A stretch of 64,000 nt of DNA from Octopus sinensis (lineage: Eukaryota). The notes under the pieces are model-generated. The model searched no databases, was not told the DNA's origin, and was given only the letters and a program-made list of their open reading frames with translations. The DNA is taken from the NCBI RefSeq assembly GCF_006345805.1, contig NC_042997.1, positions 203,918,001-203,982,000 on the forward strand, read 5' to 3'. A program made the position numbers and the translations under genes. Positions 51,736-62,456 of the stretch are shown here, piece after piece; positions within the stretch are counted from its first letter, which is position 1, and every line of letters begins with the position of its first letter.

Positions 51736-52333
51736 CTATCTTGTAGTGGAAACTAGTCTAATTGGGGTTATTAACAACTGCTGTTATATTCGTGTGTGTG
51801 TGTGAATAGTTTATTTGTTTATCTTTCACTTGTTTCAGTCATTCGACTGTGGCCATGATGGGGCACCACCTTGAAGAATTTTAATCAAATGGCTTAACCC
51901 CAGTACCGCCTTTTTCTAAGCCTGGTTTGGCAAAAGAGATTGATAGAGCAAGTACCAGGCTTCTACTAAAATAAGCACTGGCTTCTACTAACATTTTTCA
52001 AGGCAATGCCCCAGCATGGCCATAGTCTAATGTTTGAAACAATTAAAAGACAAAGATGTGTTCGATCTTATCTGACCTTGGGTTAAACAACAGCAGAGGG
52101 ACTTGATCATTGAGAATAAATGTCTTTCCCATGGTGACATGATACAAACTATTGTCCCTCTGGCTGATAAGTCATCACTTGATTGACTTGACCATCTGTG
52201 ACTCAAGCATAACTCTCAAGGAATGAACTACAGCTTAAACTTTGTATTGATAAAACAACTATTTTCATAGACATCTGTTGTAGTAGTAGTAGCAGCAGCA
52301 GCAGCAGTTTAAAACTGGAGTTTGAACCTGGAT

Positions 52334-52371
<38 letters not shown>

Positions 52372-52856
52372 TTAGCGTCCGCTTTCCATGCTAGCATGGG
52401 TTGGACGGTTCAACTGGGGTCTGTGAAGCTGGAAGGCTTCGTCAGGCCCAGTCAGATCTGGCAGTGTTTCTACGGCTGGATGCCCTTCCTGACGCCAATA
52501 TATTTATATTATTTTAAATTTAACTCCATCATCAGTTTTAACTTGCTTTTTTATTCACATGCAATTTTTAATTTCAGCTTTAAAAAATTATTAGATTCAA
52601 TTCCCAAACCACAGCATTTGGTTCTAACACGTGTGTGTGTGCATGCACACACACACACACACACACACACAGTGTCTTGCCCATCTCTAAACATATCCCT
52701 TCACACTCTCATTGAACATTCCCCTATATCCTCTCTGTACTTCTTATACCCAATCCTCAGGTCTCTTTTGCCGAACTGCTAAGTTACGGGGACATAAACA
52801 CACCAGTATCAGTTGTCAAGTGATGTTGGGGGACAGACACAGACGCACAAGCGTAT

Positions 52857-52934
<78 letters not shown>

Positions 52935-53349
52935 ATATTTCGGAATGGTCATTTTGCCAGTTTAGCCAATATGTATATGTGTGTGTATATATATACACGT
53001 TGGGCTTCTTTCAGTTTCCGTCTATCAAATCCACTCACAAGGCTTTGGTTGGCCCGAGGCTATAGTAGAAGACACTTGCCCAAGGTGTCATGCAGTGGGA
53101 CTGAACCCGAAGCTTCTCAACCACACAGCACACCTTTGGTTGTTTATACAAATACTGTTATACTGGTGAGAGAGGGAAGAGTCTAGTTGATGAAATCAAC
53201 CACAATATATGCCTGCTGTGCCCAATGATGGAAAACAATTTGAATTCAGAAGGTAAAGATATAACTTTGCTAGTTTCTGTCATTCTAGTCCAGCCACCCT
53301 TCACTTAATATTGAGGCTAATTGATTCTACCTATGGAAGCTGTTTGGTT

Positions 53350-53672
53350 CCATGTCAGTGGCACGTAAAATGCACCACTTGAGCATGGTTGTTGCCAGTG
53401 CTGCCTGACTGGCTCCCATGCTGGTGGCACATAAAATGCACCATTCAAGTGTGGTTGATGCCAGTTCCGCCTGACTGGCCCTCGTACCGGTGGCATGTAA
53501 AAAACAACCAGTACACTCTTGGAATGGTTGGCATTAAGAAGGGCATCCAACTGTAGAAACTTTGCCAGATCAGATTGGAGCCTGGTACAGCCTTCTGGCT
53601 TGCCAGTCGTCAGTCAAGCCGTCCAACCCATGCCAGCATGGAAAGCAGATGTTAAACGATAATGATGATGAT
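53350..53672 (+). mobile_element. SINE family A copy
   Basis: Internal tandem units, shared core and GAT tail. Confidence 0.8.
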
Positions 53673-54354
53673 TCAGTTCATATCATATGACAGTCCTTTT
53701 AAATATATGAAGCTGAAAACAGTTTCATTTGATTTGAAATTTCTATTAATTCTACTGGGTTTTTTAGTCTCTTTAAACCTCTTAGCATTCTGTCAAAAGT
53801 AAAGCTTTTTTATTCACTTTTATCATCATTATTATCATCATTTAACGTCTGCTTTCCATACTGGTATGGATTGGACAATTTGACTGAGGACTGGCAAGCC
53901 AGGAAGATGCACCAGGCTCCAATCTGATTTGGTAAGGTTTCTACAGCTGGATGCCAACCACTCCGAGAGTGTAGTGGGTACCTTTTATGTGCCACCGGCA
54001 TGGGCATCAACTACATCTACAATTTCACTTGACTCAACACACAGCATATTGCCTGACGATAGAAGGGTATTTTTAAATCGGCCAGATATGCGATACTAAC
54101 ATCAGCCATGGCTATGATATCACTTGGCTTACCGAGTCTTCTTTCACTTAATCATATCATTATCTTGTAGCTTTGAGATTTTGATGAGGTAGCTGTTAAT
54201 GTTTAGAATCACATAGTAGGGTTGGCATGAGAGGCAAGATCTGGCAAATTTGAACATAAAACTGCCTGTTATAGCTGGTTTAAATGCTGGCTTTTTTTTT
54301 ATTTGTTTGCTTGTTTCATGCCTATTTTTCTATGTTAGCATCAGTTGGATGGAT

Positions 54355-54678
54355 ACATCATCATTTTTATCATTTAACGTCTGTTTTCCATGCTAGCATG
54401 GGTTGGACGGTTCGACTGGGGTCTGGTAAGCCATGGAGGCTGCACCAGGCTCCAGTCTGGTTTGACAGTGTTTCTACAGCTAGATGCCCTTCCTACCGCC
54501 AACCACTCTGTGAGTATAGTGGGTGTTTTTTACGTGCCACGGGCACAGGGGCCAGAGCAGGCTGGCAAACAGCCACAATCAGTTGGTGCTTTTACGTGTC
54601 ACCAACACGGATTCCAGTCACGCGGCGCTGGCATCTGCCACGTTCGGATGGTGCTTTTTACGTGTCACCGGCACACCT
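54355..54678 (-). mobile_element. SINE family A copy
   Basis: Reverse-orientation core plus three internal tandem units. Confidence 0.8.
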
Positions 54679-54689
54679 ATTTGAGAAAC

Positions 54690-57300
54690 TATTTTCATTG
54701 CCAGGTTCCATGAATCACAAGAAGAAGTTTTTTTCTGTGACGTGCGTATGACCATGTCAACACTCCTGCTTGGCGTTGTTTATCGTCCCCCAAGTTACCA
54801 TCGGGACACACAGCTTTGCAATGTCCTCCGAGCTGCTGCCAGGAAAACAGCCACTTATGTGTTTATTGCAGGCGATTTCAATCATCCTGAGATCGATTGG
54901 GAGACCTTCCATTGGCCACAGAGTGCAAACGATTTTGTTGAGCTTGTGCTGGACTCAAACTGGTCACAGTAGTCACCTCTCCAACAAGAGGCGACAACAC
55001 CCTGGACCTGCTCTTCACCACAACTCCTGAAGCGGTTATCAATTGCACTACGGAGGAACCTCTAGGTGACTCTGATCATGCTATGATCATCGCCAATCTG
55101 GCTCTTGCGGGCAACAAACCTGAACCATCTCCAATCTGCTTCCTTCGATTGGAAGAGAGCAGATTGGAACCTGTACCACACTGAACTACAGCACCCAAAC
55201 TGGCGTGAATTCTACAACTCTGGAGATGTGAATACTATACTCCAGCGTATCCTGGACTCAATATGGGCAGCATGTGCAGCATCAGTGCCACGTAAACAAA
55301 AAAAGAAGAACCGCCCCAAAAGGGCAATTTGGGAAACTTCAGCGGTCCGACTTGCCAGGAGGGAACGTCGGACTGCTGAACGGGAATACAGGTTGCATAA
55401 ATCAGACACCAACAGGAAGAAGCGGAATAAATCCTCCAACCATCTCAAGCAAGTGACAAAAAAAGCAGTGCTTGAATTTGAACAGTGCATAGCAGCCAAT
55501 CCTGACAGCAAGGTTTTCTGGAAATATGTGCACTCAAAGCAGAGACCTCACTCTCCAGTGGGCCCTCTTCGCAACCCTCACACAAACCAGATCACTGACG
55601 ACCCCAAGGAATGCGCAGAACTCATTGCCGAGTGCTATGCAAACATATTCACTGTTGAAAGTCAAAATGTACCATCTTCACCATCACTAACAGCAAACTC
55701 CATAACAACTATGGAATTTACACCTGCAATGCTGTGACGTCACCTTCAAAATAAGCGCAACTATGCCTCCCCTGGTCTCGATGGAGTTACATACCTGCTT
55801 CTCAAACGTGGCAGGCACTTCCTTTTACACCAGCTTTCTATTTTCTTCCAGTACTGTCTCAACAATGGTGCTACTCCGGAGCAGTGGAAAACTGCCAGTG
55901 TCATTCCTCTGTTCAAAAAGGGCGACCGCACATCACCTGTCAACTATCGCCCAGTCAGTCTCACTAGCTGTATTGCAAAACTGATGGAATCGTGTGTCAG
56001 AGAAACACTCTGGAACTTCTGGAGCTCTCACAGTCTCATCCGACCCTCACAATATGGATTTGTCCCTAACTCCAGCTGCAGTGACCAGCTTGTCGAGTTC
56101 CTTGAGGACATTACTCAGATTACTGACAGTGGCTCATGGGTGGATGTTGTCTACCTTGACTTTGCTAAGGCTTTCAACTCTGTGCCACACAAAAGGCTTA
56201 TGGTGAAACTCTCTGCAATGGGTGTGGGGGATGACCTTTTTAACTGGTTGAAATCCTTCATCCTCAGCCGAAAGGAGGTAGTCACAGTTCTAGGACAGCA
56301 CTCTACACCATATGAGATGTCATCGGGTGTACCACAGGGATCTGTCCTTGGCCCCCTCTTGTTTGTGGCATACATTAACGACATAGATGCCAATTTAAAG
56401 AATGCCACAGTATTGAAATATGCAGACGACATCAAGCTGTACCTTGAAATCAAGAGGACAGATCCTGATGTCTACAACTCTTTCCTGCAATCAGACCTAG
56501 ACACAATGCAGCAATGGATCACAGACTGGCAACTGAAACTGGCTGTGGACAAGTGTACCACCATGCATTTTGGGAGAAAAAACCCTGCGTTCACATACTC
56601 CCTCCACAACACTGATATCAAGAAATCCTCTTGCGAGCGTGACCTAGGCATCACTGTCAGCAGTGATCTGCATTGGTCAAAGCATATCTCTAAGATTGTC
56701 AGGAAGGCCGAGGGTGTCTTGGCATCACTCAGCAAGACTTTTGTTAGCTGCTCTCCAGCCATCTATTTAAAACTGTATACAGCTATGGTACGACCACACT
56801 TGGAATTCGCATCATCAGTTTGGAACCCCTATCTTGCACAGAACATTGACCTCCTGGAATCTGTCCAGAGACGTGCAACCAAACGCATACCCTCCATCAG
56901 ACACCTACCATATTCTGAGCGCCTTGTTTCCCTGGGCATGGATTCACTGAAGCTCCGGCGTTTGGCGACGGACTTGGTAAACACCCACAAAGTTATCAAC
57001 CACCTCACCAACAACAACACTGAACACCTTTTTGATCTCCATGTGTCTAACACACATGGACATGCCTACAAAGTCAGAAAACAATACAGCTCCCATGACT
57101 TTCGGAAACATTTTTTCACGCTCAGAGTTGCTGAAGCATGGAATAAACTGCCTGCGTCAGTTGTTGACTGCCATGACACTGCATCTTTTAAGGCCCTCAT
57201 GCTTTCCGAAATCCGCCGAAACTTCACCTGATTATATATACACTTTAGATGAGTTGTAGTGCACCTGAGCACTGTACACAATTATTATTATTATTATTAT
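54690..57300 (+). mobile_element. 5'-truncated CR1-clade LINE ORF2 (APE + RT), sense in MAF1 intron 1
   Basis: Motifs GVVYRPP, AGDFNHP.IDW, PTRGDN.LDL, SDH, NYRPVSLTS, YLDFAKAF, GVPQGSVLGPLLF and YADD; (ATT)n tail. Lesions seen are frameshifts at about 54970 and 55135 and one in-frame TGA at 55735. Confidence 0.96.
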
Positions 57301-57717
57301 TAACTCTTACCACTTTTTCAAGTAAGGGAATTTTTTTCGCAAAACTGCAGAGCTACAAAATGTATTATTTCACTTCAATGCAACCATGACAATTTTAAGT
57401 ACTCTCATGTGAAGAAGTGAAAATGCCAATTTCATACACACAGGTATATATGTACACACACGCACACACGCATATAACAAGCTTCCTTACAGTTTTCCTT
57501 CACCAGTTAAAATCAGAAGGCATTCGTTATCCTACAGTAGGAGGAAAATTACACAATGTGCCATGCAGTCATGAACCTAAAACTACGTAGTTACAAAGCA
57601 AACTACTTACATGCATAACCATGACTAAAACTGTTTCTTTTTCTTCATCATCATCATCAGTTGTTTTCCATATTGGCAAGCCAGTGAGTTGCATCAGGCT
57701 CCAATTTTTTTTTTTTT

Positions 57718-58109
57718 GGCATCTTTTCGGTTTGGACAGCAATTTTTTCTAGTGTTGTCATCTGAAATTGTCACCCATAATTATGACCCTAGTAACGATT
57801 GATTGCATTTCAATCTGTTTTAGGGTTAGGGGGAAGGGTATCTTTTTTTCTTCACAAATGTAAATAAACCCAATCTGTTTCTTAAACGAGGGACATATTC
57901 ATACAGCACATGTTTTCACCTCAATAGACGTCATTGATTGGTTGAAATTGAAGAAAAAAAAACAAATATCTTACAAACTATAGAATTTTCTCAATAAAGC
58001 CAAGAGAAAAAGATGTTTTATAAACACATTCTACCAGTATATGAAGTTTAAAAGTGTTTAGTTACGTGGAACTTATTTTAAAAAACTGCCGTTCAAACCG
58101 AAAGGATCC
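57718..58109. mobile_element. GGATC-family MITE, full length, opposite orientation to the 37574 copy
   Basis: Reverse-complement match over the whole length. Interrupts a family A SINE. Confidence 0.85.
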
Positions 58110-58869
58110 GAAAGTCCTCCCTAACAAAAGCCACTTTACAGAGTGTATGGTGTGCTTTTTATCTCATACTCGTGGAGTTGCTATCCATAAATTTCTTCAA
58201 GTTGTAGTTAAACTTATAAATTAATGTGGCATAGAATGAGAATGTATTTGTGTTAAGATTCTTAAAATTTATTTCCAGTTAATTTTGTGATATCAAACTA
58301 AAACCACCGTTGAGCTTATAGACTGAACTCTCAACGTCCTTTGTACTGTCTCCAATTTTAGTTTCCACTGTGGTACTTTGAAATTAAAACCCTGTCCTGT
58401 TGTGGATCATAAATTTCATTTGCACTTCGTACTTGATTTCCCATTTCTGACTTTGATGTTCCTTCCTTTGACCAAAACATTCCAGTATTCCTCAACTTTG
58501 ATCCTTATTGGTCTTCCCATTTTTTTTTTTTTACTTGCTAAGTCAAAATTTTACAAAAAGAAAAAAAAAGGCGTTGATTGTATAAACTGTTTTTCAGTAC
58601 TCATTCCTGGCAAAACTTAGGATGGAGACGAGTATTACTTCTCCTGAATACTCTTCTTGTCTTTGTTACTGTTGGTGACCTTACTTGGTGCTGGTGTCAC
58701 GTAAAAAGTAGCCAGTACACTCTGTAAATTAGTTGGCATTAGGAAGGACATCAAGCTGTAGAAATCATACCCAAGCAGACACTGGAGCTCAGTTCTGTCT
58801 TCAGGTTCAGCAGCTCCTGTCGAACCGTCCAACACATACCAGCATTGAACACAGACGCTAGATTATATT

Positions 58870-59270
58870 ACTCTTTTACTTGTTTCAGTCATTTGACTGT
58901 GGCCATGCTAGAACACTGCCTTTTGTCGAGCAAATCGACCCCAGGACTTATTCTTTGGAAGCCTAGTACTTATTATATTGGTCTCTTTTGCTGAACCGCT
59001 AAGTTACGGGGATGTAAACACACCACCATCGGTTGTCAAGCGATGTTGGGGCGGACAAACACAGACACACAAACATATACACACACACATACATATATAT
59101 ACATATATGCGACGGGCTTCTTTCAGTTTCCGTCTACCAAATCCATTCACAAGGCTTTGGTCGGCCCGAGACTATAGTAGAAGACACTTGGCCAAGGTGC
59201 CACACAGTGGGAATGAACCCGGAACCATGTGGTTGGTAAGCAAGCTATTTACCACACAGCCACTCCTGCA
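58870..59270 (-). mobile_element. tRNA-headed SINE family B (CORE-like ACCTTGGGCAAGTGTCTT segment); representative copy
   Basis: A/B-box-like head GGCTGTGTGGTAA...GGTTCAGTCCC and an internal (TG/TA)n tract. Other copies at about 7290-7620(-), 11995-12152(-), 17255-17625(-), 23145-23530(-), 24148-24320(-), 34005-34150(+), 43903-44240(+) and 52760-53135(-). Confidence 0.8.
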
Positions 59271-59897
59271 CCTATGGTGATGATGACAACAAGTAATTTC
59301 TATCAGGAATTCATTCTTTAAAATATCCTAACTCCCTAAAAGGAAAGACAGATTGGAACAGTTGTCTTGTTGTAGAGGATCATTTGATATTTTATTGCTA
59401 TCTTGTCTCAATGGATAGACTGTAAAATAGCTGTGCCAACAACCTCTATGCGGGTCTCTTGACCTGCTAGAAATCCAAATTTTCCTCATTTCATATCAAA
59501 CCATTTTTCAAAAGAGAAAAAAGTGGGGGAATGACATATTAGATAGTCTTAGTTACTCCTTATGGTCATGGCTGGATGCCTTTAATTATTAAGTTTGCAG
59601 CTTCAGTGGGCTGGCTGACCTAGGAGCTGACAAGATAGGTTTATATTTATAACTATGTTATCAGTAAACATGTGACCTAAATTTCAGTTAGAACATTTTT
59701 TTTTTTTTACTTAAGCTAAATAAAGTCTCTTAATAAAGACTCCATTCAATGACAATAAAGTTGAATGTAAGAATATTTTTGAGCTTTTTTCTGTCTGATT
59801 CAAGAGTTTCTGTACAGCACTTGTTCACTAACTAATGCTCTTGAAATAGCTAAATAGTGGTAAACTTCTGCAGTAGAATCACTTTGAAATATATAAT

Positions 59898-60242
59898 TTC
59901 TTCTTCTTCTTCTTCTTCTTCTTCTTCTTCTTCTTCTTCTTCTTCTTCTTCTTCTTCTTCTTTCTTCTTCTTCTTCTTCTTCTTCTTCTTCCTTCTTCTT
60001 CTCTTCTTCTTATTCTTCTTCTTCTTTCTTCTTCTTCTTATTCTTCTTCTTCTTCTTCTTCTCTTCTCTTCTTCTTCTTCTTCCTTCTTCTTCTTCTTAT
60101 TCTTCTTCTTCTTCTTTCTTCTTCTTCTTCTTCTTCTTCTTCTCTCTTCTTCTTCTTCTTCTTCTTCTTCTTTCTTCTTCTTCTTCTTCTTCTTCTCCTT
60201 CTCTCCTCCTCCTCCTCCTCCTCTCCTCCTCCTCCTCCTCCC
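59898..60242. repeat. ~340-nt (TTC)n/(TCC)n polypyrimidine tract
   Basis: Seen directly. It abuts the tail end of a reverse family A SINE. Confidence 0.97.
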
Positions 60243-60852
60243 ACCACTGTCATTTAACGTCCATTTTCCATGCTGGCATGGGTTGGATGGTTTGATAGGC
60301 GCATGAAAGCAGGAGAGCTGCACCAGGCTCCAATTGCCTGTTTTGACATGGCTGGATGCCCTTCTTAATGCCAACCACTTTACAGAATGTACTGGGTGCT
60401 TTTTACATGGCACCAGCATGGGTGCTTTTTATGTGGCACCATCACTAGTGGGGTTGCCAATTTGTGTACAGAAATGCAATTTGTATATAATTGGTTTTAG
60501 GTCTGTAGGATAATTTTGCTGATTGACTAAAGCTTTTCTTTTATTAGTAGTCAGTACTTTTCTATGCTGAGGCTTAAATATTTATTTGTATTGGTTTGGT
60601 TTTCACTGCACTAAGAAATAACATTTAAAAAAACATATTCTTAATATGTTCCAACAGATCTAAGCTATTCATTTTCAAGTCTGCTGCAATATATTACAAA
60701 TAAATATGCATGTCATTGTTTTGAGTCTTACTGTTCACCATGGATATGAGGATTTATTAGCACTTGGCAGATATCAGCAAATGATTTATTTGCTGAAATT
60801 ATAAAGAAGAGCCATGAACTCTTGTTCGATTCATTAGTCCAGAGTGCTTTTA

Positions 60853-60888
60853 CTGATGAGACACAATGATGTCAAAACATCGGATGTC
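60853..60888 (+). ncRNA. Degenerate hammerhead ribozyme-like motif inside a 22-bp inverted repeat pair
   Basis: CTGATGA-GACA caatga TGTC-AAAA-CATC G GATG-TC. Stems II and III are perfect and the triplet is GUC, but G12 is A and stem I is weak. Confidence 0.5.
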
Positions 60889-61103
60889 CCAAGGTCTCCT
60901 TATGCTAATGAATCAAGTATGTTAGTGACACGCATTTGTCTCAAAAGAGTTGTCCAATGATAAAACACAACAGTAGTTCACATATTCATGTTTGAACCTG
61001 TTGGAACATATTAAGAATAAATATACTCGCCATTGTTTTGCTTCTCACTGTTCACATTGTATACGATGATTTATTATTATTTTTTTCTCTTCTATTATTT
61101 CAG

Positions 61104-61241
61104 GTTGGAAAGTTACTCGTGTAAGATGGCTGGAAGTGATAAAAGATTATTTAAAGCAATTAGCACTGATGGTGGTTTCTCTCCAAATGACTTACAAGCA
61201 TTATCCCCGCCACAGGGTCTAATTTCACAGAGCCCAAACCA
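61104..61241 (+). CDS. MAF1: MAF1 coding exon 2 ([47 protein letters not shown])
   Basis: Acceptor tattatttcAG and donor GTAAGT; 138 nt, phase 2-2. Contains the A-box [11 protein letters not shown] and the ALSPPQ linker motif. Confidence 0.96.
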
Positions 61242-61435
61242 GTAAGTTGACTTCTTTTGAATATTTTAATTAACTGCTTGTTATAATTTGCTCTTAGAAA
61301 ATAATTGCTATTAATTGCTATTTAATACTTGATACGTTGACATAGGTTGAGTATGTCGTCATTTGTCATGGTGTATTGTGGTTCAGTTCTAATGCACAGC
61401 ATCCTGGACAAGTGTCTTCTATTATAAGTGATACA

Positions 61436-61706
61436 CAGTGGTGGGCTGGGTCTAAAAATATTGGTTGCCAGGAGACTAAGGGGACCCACCCGCAACTACA
61501 GTGCTATCATTTAATTTTTTTTTTTTTTTGCTAAAAGTATTCTTTTCAACTGACTACAAACACAGGCTGAAATAATTAATGCATTCTTCCGGCAGTGAAT
61601 AAAAAATTCTCAGACTTGAGGGCATGGGGCCCCCATATGTGGATTCTAATGGCGCAGGGGCCCACTTGCCTTCGGGCATGCTGGCATCCTGGCCAGTCCA
61701 CCACTG
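61436..61706. mobile_element. hAT-type MITE
   Basis: TIR CAGTGGTGGGCTGG / CCAGTCCACCACTG. Perfect 8-bp TSD gtgataca. Confidence 0.9.
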
Positions 61707-61759
61707 GTGATACATATAAAAAGGAATTCTTCAACATGAATGGAAATTGTCGCTGTGAT

Positions 61760-62077
61760 ATCAGTGCTGGTGGCACATAAGAGAACCATCCAAACGTGGC
61801 CGTTGCCAGTGCCGCCCTGACTGGCTTCCGTGCCGGTGGCACGTAAAAAGCACCATCCGACTGCGGCCATTTGCCAGGCTTGTCTGGCACCTGTGCAGGT
61901 GGCACGTAAAAAGCACCCACTACACTCATGGACTGGTTGGCGTTAGGAAGGGCATCCAGCCGTAGAAACATTGCCAGATCAGACTGGGCCTGGTGCAGCC
62001 TTCTGGCTTCCCAGACCCCAGTTGCACCGTCCAACCCATGCCAGCATGGAAAGCGGACGCTAAACGATGATGATGAT
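61760..62077 (+). mobile_element. SINE family A copy (well preserved)
   Basis: CpG-retaining core, internal units and (GAT)n tail, in MAF1 intron 2. Confidence 0.85.
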
Positions 62078-62293
62078 GTATAGACATAATACCTCTGATT
62101 TATATAATAGAGTAGAAGAGAAGGGGCATCTTCAAGGACATTAGCAATGTAATAGTTTAGAAATAGCAATGTCCAGACACGTGGGTTAAATATGTCTATT
62201 AAAATGATTGTGTTAATGTTGTTTTTCCTGATTCTGTTTAATGTTGCAGTGAGTTTGAAGATCAATCTGATTGAGTGTAAACTTTCTTTTCAG

Positions 62294-62456
62294 ACTAACC
62301 TCACATAGTTACAGCGATGGAGAAGGGCCTCTTTGTGATACAATATCCACAAAGACATTGTTTTATTTGATCTCCACATTGAATGCTTCTTTCCAACCAG
62401 ACTATGATTTCAGCAAAGCCAAAAGTGAAGAATTCAGTAAAGAATTCTCTGTACAG
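62294..62456 (+). CDS. MAF1: MAF1 coding exon 3 ([54 protein letters not shown]); gene continues beyond window
   Basis: Acceptor tttcttttcAG, in phase with exon 2. Contains KTLFYLIxTLNxSF and the signature PDYDFS. The 3' boundary is inferred from CAG|GTACAC. Confidence 0.93.

Noticed and set aside
59850-60419. Long poly-E/K/R and poly-S/F/L ORFs
   Set aside because: These are translations of the TTC/TCC microsatellite.
61576-62265. 229-aa ORF and other LQLDALPNANH-containing ORFs as a protein family
   Set aside because: They are chance readings of SINE family A, with inconsistent frames and ends between copies.
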